Shown here one piece after another: positions 57,437-64,000 of a stretch of DNA of 64,000 bases; position 1 is the first letter of the stretch, and each line of letters starts with the position of its first letter. The notes below the pieces were generated by a model. It did no database searches, was not told the DNA's origin, and saw only the letters and a program-made list of their open reading frames with translations. A program made the translations under genes and the position numbers. The DNA is taken from the NCBI GenBank assembly GCA_964270895.1, contig OZ185436.1; one strand, given 5' to 3'. The stretch is from Podarcis filfolensis. Taxonomy: Eukaryota.

Positions 57437-58244
57437 CTAGCCAAAGATATAATTTGGAGCTATGCTAGCGACTTTCTATTTCTAAGAAAATGTTAAGACA
57501 TTCAGATTAACCAGGTGCAGCTGGAACAGGCCAGACTTCTCTTATGCAGCTCCAACTTGCATAAAAATATAAATATGAATACTCAAGGAAACAGACAAAG
57601 CCCGCCCCTCCAACCAGATGAAAACACATAGACAAATGAGGCATGCAAATTGGATTTTTCACTCAGAGCTGCATATTAGTGGTCTAGCCCATGAATACAC
57701 GTAGAGGGGTGTGTGTGAGTCTGCACTCCCAAGAGCATATTCAAACATAACTATTTTGCTTAGAGGAAGTACAGATTTTCATTTTACTGTACAATCAAGA
57801 AAGTGAAACATCTGACATTAGCAGTTTAGCTACTGTCACTTGAAATCTACCACATATACAAGCTCATAAGAACAACCACCAGAACTGGAAACCTTTCCTT
57901 AACTACCACACTTAGAAACTATCAAGCCTGCGAAGCATGCACAACTTGAGAGGCAGACTATTTAGGGAAAAAATGAACTTAAGTTCTTTCTGTGGAACAT
58001 TAAGCCTCTCCAGATTTCTGCAATACATCAGCATATTGGCTGTTACGCTGTACAGTTTTTTTGGGGGGGAAGACTTTCTCTGAATCTTTATTTTAAAAAA
58101 AAATCACTAGGTGTCAACCCTCCCCACAAATATTCTTCTAGCAGCATTTTCGACCGAAGTGTAAAGCAACCTGGTTGGCTTCCATGCAGGCGATGGCCTC
58201 TTCCAAGAGGGAAAACTCCACGCAGATATAGCCATAGTCGTAAC
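20918..58244 (-). CDS. RBM6: RBM6 spliced CDS (RNA-binding motif protein 6), exons 6-21; 5' exons beyond the window
   Basis: 16 exons in continuous frame: [24 protein letters not shown], ZnF, RRM2 ([15 protein letters not shown]), [24 protein letters not shown]2H2 ZnF, G-patch and the C-terminus [20 protein letters not shown]. Confidence 0.97.
21940..22069 (-). CDS. RBM6: RBM6 exon 20 (G-patch)
   Basis: 130 nt, [31 protein letters not shown], tgcag|T...GAG|gtaaaa. Confidence 0.96.
22472..22569 (-). CDS. RBM6: RBM6 exon 19 ([24 protein letters not shown]...)
   Basis: 98 nt, taaag|GGA...AG|gtattg. Confidence 0.93.
23421..23473. repeat. (GT)16-AC-GT-(AC)8 inverted microsatellite
   Basis: Direct reading; perfect palindrome at 23436-23473 centred on tacgta. 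Confidence 0.9.
23567..23641 (-). CDS. RBM6: RBM6 exon 18 ([25 protein letters not shown])
   Basis: 75 nt, tacag|CAA...GAG|gtaatt. Confidence 0.96.
24534..24794 (-). CDS. RBM6: RBM6 exon 17 (poly-E tract and C2H2 zinc finger)
   Basis: 261 nt, PKVVNPLIG...HQQLSNLHK, ttcag|CCA...AAA|gtaagg. Confidence 0.96.
25672..25761 (-). CDS. RBM6: RBM6 exon 16 ([30 protein letters not shown])
   Basis: 90 nt, tttcag|AAT...CCA|gtaagg. Confidence 0.9.
27024..27176 (-). CDS. RBM6: RBM6 exon 15 ([15 protein letters not shown]...RNKSAK)
   Basis: 153 nt, open and phase 0/0, ttccag|AGA...AAG|gtaaaa, 89-nt upstream intron. Confidence 0.82.
27266..27357 (-). CDS. RBM6: RBM6 exon 14 ([28 protein letters not shown])
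   Basis: 92 nt, ttcag|CT...CAG|gtgagg. Confidence 0.95.
28963..29020 (-). CDS. RBM6: RBM6 exon 13 ([19 protein letters not shown])
   Basis: 58 nt, attag|GGC...GAGT|gtaaga; phase fits neighbours. Confidence 0.85.
29486..29528 (-). CDS. RBM6: RBM6 exon 12 ([14 protein letters not shown])
   Basis: 43 nt, gctag|A...CAG|gtatgc; phase fits neighbours. Confidence 0.88.
29982..30079 (-). CDS. RBM6: RBM6 exon 11 (RRM2 C-terminal part)
   Basis: 98 nt, [32 protein letters not shown], cacag|GAA...AG|gtaata. Confidence 0.96.
30930..31090 (-). CDS. RBM6: RBM6 exon 10 (RRM2 N-terminal part)
   Basis: 161 nt, IMLKRIPRF...[11 protein letters not shown], aacag|CA...GCT|gtatgt. Confidence 0.96.
31362..31655 (-). 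CDS. RBM6: RBM6 exon 9 (E/P-rich linker)
   Basis: 294 nt open, VTEEKVE...HQEDESK, gctag|TA...AAAA|gtaagt; a second in-frame AG lies 6 nt downstream. Confidence 0.92.
32332..32392 (-). CDS. RBM6: RBM6 exon 8 (Zn[21 protein letters not shown])
   Basis: 61 nt, tgcag|TGT...GATG|gtgagc. Confidence 0.93.
32640..32925 (-). mobile_element. RTE-type LINE 5' region fragment
   Basis: Minus strand reads gggcagatggggctcaacaacctgggaaga...ctaggagaaggaaaactctg, typical of RTE 5'UTRs; family recognised from memory. Confidence 0.5.
34117..34191 (-). CDS. RBM6: RBM6 exon 7 ([25 protein letters not shown])
   Basis: 75 nt, aatag|GGA...CGT|gtgagt. Confidence 0.94.
34775..35040 (+). mobile_element. L2 LINE 3' end
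   Basis: ctgtggaatgccc...ttttagaagacatctgaagg motif with a (TAA/TTA)n tail. Confidence 0.6.
39298..39660 (+). mobile_element. Full-length Sauria SINE with 13-14 bp TSD
   Basis: tRNA-derived head (B box ggttcgaatcc), (ACCTTT)n tail, TSD agagtcagtgtca at 39283-39295 and 39661-39673. Confidence 0.93.
40902..41132. mobile_element. Tc1/mariner-pogo (Tigger-like) MITE
   Basis: TIR (c/t)agtggtgcctcgcaagacgaa / ttcgtcttgcgaggtaccactg, TA TSD, internal cgtcttgcg repeats. Confidence 0.9.
44554..44900 (-). mobile_element. Sauria SINE, slightly 5'-truncated
   Basis: Reverse complement of the 39298 family; aaaggtaaagg tail. Confidence 0.9.
45323..46863. mobile_element. Non-autonomous hAT-like element, about 1.5 kb, containing (TAGA)n(TG)n and a SINE/CR1 tail piece
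   Basis: Ends taaggttaccagat and reverse complement tatgattaccagac; subterminal aatcc(a/g)gggaca motifs; flanks ctcaggag / cttgggag. Confidence 0.55.
45366..45423. repeat. Compound (TAGA)n(TG)n microsatellite
   Basis: Direct reading. Confidence 0.9.
47993..48147 (-). mobile_element. tRNA-head / CR1-tail SINE (Squam3-like)
   Basis: Minus strand ggatagctcagttggttaaagcgtggtgctgataatgccaaggttgcaggtttgattcc... ending ttccaactctacagttctgtgattcta. Confidence 0.8.
49208..49434. mobile_element. Tigger-like MITE with an internal cggaagta...tacttccgg hairpin
   Basis: ta-cagt...ccactg-ta ends. Confidence 0.8.
50814..50949. mobile_element. hAT MITE, 136 bp
   Basis: Palindromic; 8-bp TSD gactagag on both sides. 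Confidence 0.88.
51278..51735 (+). mobile_element. L2 LINE ORF2 C-terminus and 3' end
   Basis: YCNVLY..LQLVQNS-type segment and [26 protein letters not shown]. Confidence 0.88.
51849..52090. mobile_element. Tigger-like MITE
   Basis: ta-cagtggtacctc...gaggtaccaccg-ta. Confidence 0.88.
52944..53165. mobile_element. Tigger-like MITE, same family and orientation as 51849
   Basis: ta-cagtggtacctcgggtt...; near-identical internal sequence. Confidence 0.85.
56325..56435 (-). mobile_element. Short CR1 3' fragment
   Basis: ttgatagccttatc...gaatttgtctaatc...gccatcact matches the reverse complement of a CR1 3' end. Confidence 0.55.
57391..57434. repeat. (AC)22 microsatellite, reading (UG)n in RBM6 pre-mRNA
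   Basis: Direct reading. Confidence 0.95.
58171..58244 (-). CDS. RBM6: RBM6 exon 6 (RRM1, [24 protein letters not shown])
   Basis: 74 nt, cccag|GT...CAG|gttgct; branch point CACTAAC at 58279-58285. Confidence 0.95.
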
Positions 58245-61239
58245 CTGGGGACAGCATTTAAATACAGACGGGATTTGCGTTAGTGCCAGAAAGCCACAAT
58301 TTCAGTACCCAGTTTCCCCTTCCCTTCAGCACACACCCATTTACCGCCACCCTATGCTCCCCATAAAACAAAACAAAGGCAATAGTTGGTGCTTTTAAAA
58401 ACTGGTCTTAAACACTGTAAAATTCAGTAGGCAATGTGGGTTTCCATTAAAAAGCCAACAAAAGTGTAAAGGGCTCATTCTCCTAGAAATTAAGGAGATA
58501 CTGAACACTACAGAGTTACACTTATTAAAAAAGCACAACACCCATTTCGAAAGTCCAGGCAGCAGAGTCTGGTTTCAATGGCATCATTTCTACCCTTGTG
58601 AAACCAAGAAGTCAAAGTGCTTAAGTTTTTGTTAATTTTTTACTACAGTAATAGTATTAGTCTCAGAATCTTTTTCACCCCAAGTGAAGATCATTTTTTT
58701 AACCCTTTTGATTTTTAAACTGATCTAATGCAGTTCTAAAACACTGCAAGAAAATTAACAAGACTACCCTAAAATGTTATTGTTCCTTTCTTCACAGGTA
58801 GTCCAAGTTAAAGGACAAGCAATTATTTTTTTGGAGGGGTCCATTTGTAATCTCTTTAACCATATTGTAAAATGGTTAGTTAACCATATTCCACTAATAG
58901 AATAGTATTTTCTAGTGATGAAAGTTATTTCAAGAAGTGATGCACCCATCTGCCTGAAAAGGAGGCCAGAAGGGTACATAAAGATGTCCTTACCTCAAAA
59001 TTATCAAGGATTCATAACCATCTAAATTAATACCAAGGCTTACTCAAGGGAAGATGTGTCACTTTAAGCAGGGAACAGTGTGCAAAGTTTCCAAGGCTGA
59101 AACTGCAAGAACTGGTTTGCAATGGAATAATTCACAATGAAACAAAAATAAAACATTTTGTTTTGACTGCTTCATCTACTCAGATGCTTCAGTTCTTTTC
59201 ACAAATAACACAAAACATAACCATTATGTACTAACTCTGCCCGATCTGGTATTGCGGATAGAACAAATTAATGCAACAGAAGGCCTTGTGTAGCACAGAT
59301 AAGTAACTGGCACAGGAGTATGAATAGGTTTTGTTTTTGTTTTTTCTTTAAAGAAAACAAGCAAACAAATACCAGAAACTCTATGTGACATACACACACA
59401 TATCATCTTTGTCTATCAGGAGATATCCACCTTCCTCAGACATGAAATCACTGGAAAGATGCTGTGTCCTAAAACTAGTTTGCAATGCTTTGGTCTCCTT
59501 ATCACTCAGTGCTGAACTCTTTACAGGTAGCATAGGGATGTGTGATGCAAGAAGCTATGGAATTTGGCTAAGGTGGGGGGAAAGGAAGAACATATCAATT
59601 ACAAGTTTCCTGGGGGTTGGAGGATCCAGAACATTTCTATGCCATCTGGTGGGATTTTCTTTCTTATGCTTTGGATCTTGAGGATCAAGATTCACCATCT
59701 ACGTCAGCTCAGGACATATGGATGATTTGAGTTATATTAGTTTCTTACCATTTCCTTTTCTTACTATTTATTGCTTCTTTTGCTTTCTACATACCATGAT
59801 GTAATACCCTGCTACTGCACTTTTGGGTTGTTAATAATGTCAATGATGATTATTTTTTAAGCAGCATTCCATAATATACAACAACATTTATCCATATTGT
59901 GATGTCATCACATTGTATGTTGTGTGTCCATCCCTAACCAATATTATTGGTGGTGGCTGTTAAGCAAATTTACAGCAAGAGGATGTCATGACATAACTTG
60001 CTACACAACTGAAAGGCAAAGAGGGCAGAATATTTAAAGGCGATGTCATATTCAGCAGTATCTCCATGTCACTAATAACTTAAATTTTGGCTAACAGTGT
60101 TAGATTTTATCTATTTCCTCGGGTGGCACGGAGACCAGCAGATTGAGTAATGCCCATGCCCATGTATCTGGAAGATGAGCTGCTGAATTCTGTGCAATCA
60201 ATTCAGCAGCTTTATAAAGGTTTCTTGAAGGCAAAACTACATTTTATTTTATTTTTATTTGACAGAATTTATATGCTGCTTGATTGTAAACAAAACCTCT
60301 AAAAACAGTCTCATGCTATCTGTCTACCTATAGTGTGAAAACTGGCATTCTAGTGAAATACGTTTGCAAGCAGCAGATTTTCCTCTGCCTCCACACACCC
60401 CAACAATACAGCCGCCATCAGGTAAAGATACCAGGGAAAGGATTGTACAGGTCTATAAATTCCCAATCGGAAATAAAATTTGTGACACAGTTTTACCACA
60501 AGACTAACTGTTGTGACTTTCTATTAGAAACAAACACTAATGCTGAAATTAATCATATTCTACACAAACGATAGATAATGCCTTCTGTCATTAAATCTAT
60601 TTTTACTTCCATGTACTGAGACAATCTCCCACTTTAAGATCTTAATAAAAATCAAATGTTTACTTATTATACCTCTCACAAGGCCAGCAAGAGTTGCATG
60701 CAATTTTAATGAGTTTATATTTTAATTTACACTGAAATATGGAAATAGTTTTCTTTCATCCCAATAACCCTGAAGTATATGTTAGGTTGGCTTCTCACAG
60801 CCTGTCCAACGCCACTTGGTAAGCTTTGTGACCAAGCAGTGATTTTTCAAGCTCATTCTCTGCCATACAAATTCAGCACTATCCACACAGCACCCCCAAC
60901 AGATTTCTCAGGAATTCAAAGCAGGATGAAGATGACAATTGCCTCAAACTTTCTATGCACTGCCTATTTGGATTTTCGTTTAAGCATATTTTTTTTTAAT
61001 TTATTTGCTTATTAACAGGATTTTTAGACTAGGTTTCACTTTTCAAAAATACCAAAGCGATTCAAATCATAACACACAAAACCTTTAAAAAAAACAGTAA
61101 GTCACAGTAAAAACATCACAGTAAATAAAAACAGCAAGTTTTCATAACAACGTCACAGTAGCCAACAGCAACAGGAAACGACACCAGCAATCAGGAAAAG
61201 TTCATGGCAGGCAACATGCCACCTTTAGTGCCCATCAAA

Positions 61240-62080
61240 TCTGAACAGAAAAAGCATTCTACAAGGTAGGTGCCACAACAGAAAAGGCCCTTCTCCAGGT
61301 GCCCACCAAATAGATATTTGTAGGTTTAGGCACAGTAAGGAGGGCCCCTTCAGCAGACAGTAATGACTGGTTCAGTCTATAGGGGATATCTATGTCTTGA
61401 GCTACTCAGGGCTTTAAAGGCCAACACTAACACATTAAATTTGGTTCAGTAACTGATCAGCAGCCAGTGCAGCTCTTTCCACGCAGATGCTGTGGGTGAA
61501 ACAGCACAGATGCTGTGGGTGAAACAGCAGTGTAGAAACCATTCTTAGCTAGCTGCAGATTTTGAACCAAACCTAACAGCAACCCACAGAGATTGCATAA
61601 CAGCAATCCAACCTAGAGGTTACGAACACATGGATCACAGCAAGTAGTTTATCCCCATCCAGAACCCATTGTAACAGGTGCATCAACCCAAGATGGTGAA
61701 GGGAGCTCCTTACCACAGAGGTTAGTTGAGCCACCAGTAACCAAGAGCACACCCAGACTATGTATCTGCCCCTTTTTAGGATAAGCGCAACATCAGCCTC
61801 AATTCCCAGACCCAGGAACCACCTCTGCACAGTGCCTCAATCTTGTCAAAATTCAGCTTCAGATTATGGGCCCTCACCTGGCCCACCACTGCATTCAGAT
61901 CAGTCTATGTCAGGTACTAGACTAAAACACATCAGAGAACTAATTCATTGCTCCAAATCTCCTAATGACCACTCCCAACAACGTCATACAAATGTTTTGG
62001 ATCATGGTAGGGGCCTAGGGTTAAACTCCACAATATCCATACGTTCCCTATTTGGTCTCTTCCCCACTCCATACTAGCTA
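61240..62080 (-). mobile_element. Decayed L2 LINE fragment
   Basis: AVIHVFVTSRLDCC motif in ORF 61573-61830, matching L2 ORF2 VTSRLDYCN. Confidence 0.7.
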
Positions 62081-62608
62081 TTTTTTAAAACAACAAGTTG
62101 TTTTCAACAACAACAACTTGCTTAGTTTGTGCTCAGAAGTTCATGGCAGGGGGAAACCTTAAAAAAGTGTTATGTTAACTATACAGCGGTATGAATTTCT
62201 CTAATGGTGACTATCTTCTTACATATCTTTCTAAACACATATTTATCACAGTCATCACTGGTATTTTAGCATATGGGTATTTTACATAAAGGTTCAGATT
62301 GGTCTATGCATTATAGGCATAGCAGATTGCTGGAAATGGCCTCCATACAATAGCTTACACTTGACCATATGTAACTCACCATATCATTTTTTAATAAATT
62401 GAAAGATAAGGATTCAGTTCAGACATAATGGTTATTGGCCAGAGAATCACACGACTACACACTCCCTCCTAGTCCCTTGGCTTGCATTCATAGAACCTGG
62501 CTTATTTAAGCCACAATTATCCATGATATCAACAAACAAACAAAAAGAAACTGTGGTTTAATCTCTTATTTAAAAATATAGGACATGATATTTTGTATGC
62601 AGAAATTA

Positions 62609-63326
62609 CCGTATTTTTCGTCCCATAGGACGCTCCATCCCATAGGACGCACCTAGTTTTTTTTTGGGGGGGGGGGGGAATAAAGGAAAAAATTTTTTCC
62701 TTTATTTCCCCCCCAAAAAGCAGGTCGGAGAAACCGAACCAGGCCGAGGAACAGCGGGATGGGGGTGCTGCGCCTCCCCGCTGTCCCCCGAGCTTGTGGG
62801 GCTGGCCGATGTCTGCCCAGCGCGAGGGGCGCTCTGATTCAGGGCGCCCCGCCCGCCAGGCGGCAGGCTGCTATCCGCAGCGTGGGGAGCCCTGCGGGGA
62901 ACTCCTGCAGGGCTCCCCACGCTGCGGATGTGTTCCCCAAGCGCCGGGCACCCTCAAAGCAGAGCGCCCGACGCTCCGGGAAGCAGGCTGCTATCCGCAG
63001 CCTAGACATCCCTGTGGGACCACCCACAGGGCTGCCTAGGCTGCGGATGTATTCCCGAAGCGCTGGGCGCTCTGCTTTCAGGGCGCCCGACGCTTCGGGA
63101 AGCAGGCTACTATCCACAGCCTAGACAGCCCTGTGGGAACTCCCGCAGGGCTGCCTAGGCTGCGGATGTCTTCCGGAAGCCTGGAGAGTGAGAGGGGTCG
63201 GTGCGCACCGACCCCTCTCGCTCTCCAAGCTTCAGCGAAAGCCTGCATTCGCCCTATAGGACGCACCCACATTTCCCCTTCATTTTTGGAGGGGAAAAAG
63301 TGCGTCCTATAGGGCGAAAAATATGG
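62609..63326. mobile_element. Tc1/pogo non-autonomous element, 718 bp, with an internal GC-rich hairpin array
   Basis: ta-ccgtatttttcg.cc.ataggacg ... gcgtcctatagggcgaaaaatatgg-ta; 119-120 bp internal units. Confidence 0.88.
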
Positions 63327-63807
63327 TACATCACATGTAATTTCTATGAAATTGAAACCATGGAACTGTGGGTTTGATGAAACAAATGGAATATGGCTCG
63401 GTCTTAATTATATTTCAGACAAATGGCAACACTGGGAGTTTGGCTTTTTTTAAAAAAACTTTTATTCAATAATTTATTTAGTTTTAGACTTGATGATCAC
63501 ATCATTCTTGGGAGTTAACAAGCAATCACAATGCTGGCTAGAAAACGAAGTGACTTGCTCACAAGCTCATTCGTTGGATATGATGGCACTGGTCAGCATT
63601 ATTAGAGACAACCTACTCCTTAAAATATTTCTTGACTCATATGAAACAAAAGGCCATACGTTCAATTTCAAGCTGCCTGCCATAAAAATGACATTAAGTT
63701 CTCTCTTCCTGTGATGTACATACCCAAAATAGGAGAAATGAGATGCTTCAATGCACCAAGGCACGAACTGAAAAACCATCCCACCTCTCCCCCAAATTAC
63801 TCATATA

Positions 63808-64000
63808 CAGTGGTACCTCTGGATGCGAACGGATCCGTTCCGGAGCCCCGTTCGCATCCTGAAACAAATACAACCCGCGCCTGCGAGTGCACGGGTCGTG
63901 ATTCGCCGCTTCCACGCATGTGTGTGACGTCATTTTGAGCGTCTGCGCATGCGGCGAAACCTGGAAGTAATGCGTTCCGTTACTTCCAGGTCGCCACGGA
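63808..64000. mobile_element. Tigger-like MITE, truncated by the window end, related to 49208
   Basis: ta-cagtggtacctc start; shared ggaagtaa...ttacttcc hairpin. Confidence 0.8.

Noticed and set aside
62794-63124. Overlapping GC-rich ORFs on both strands
   Set aside because: They arise from the palindromic internal repeats of a non-autonomous transposon, and no transposase motif is present.
58245-64000. Search for RBM6 exon 5 (ILNAF...-type RRM1 exon)
   Set aside because: Not found; it is presumed to lie beyond the window end.

Overview
Vertebrate genomic DNA, most likely from a lacertid lizard (inferred from Sauria-SINE and Squam3-like SINE content). The window holds the tandem paralogous splicing-regulator genes RBM6 and RBM5, both on the minus strand. 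For RBM6, exons 6-21 are present with the stop codon and poly(A) signal; exons 1-5 lie beyond position 64000. For RBM5, exons 1-22 are covered; exon 6 falls in a 140-N assembly gap and the G-patch exons lie beyond position 1. All called exons have AG/GT boundaries and splice into continuous reading frames. Exon numbers follow the human genes. The rest is intron containing SINEs, CR1/L2/RTE fragments, hAT and Tc1/pogo MITEs with target-site duplications (TSDs), and Penelope-like fragments. Most notable observations: (1) a minimal hammerhead-ribozyme motif inside a perfect 61-bp inverted Penelope insertion in the short RBM6-RBM5 intergenic gap, with a second degenerate copy in an RBM5 intron; (2) frameshifting exon-6 and poison splice-site architecture in both paralogues; (3) a canonical G-patch in RBM6; (4) an RDYDx repeat expansion in RBM5; (5) a MITE with a co-varying hairpin array. 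Comparisons to human sequence are from memory and need checking by alignment. No wholly new gene system was found.
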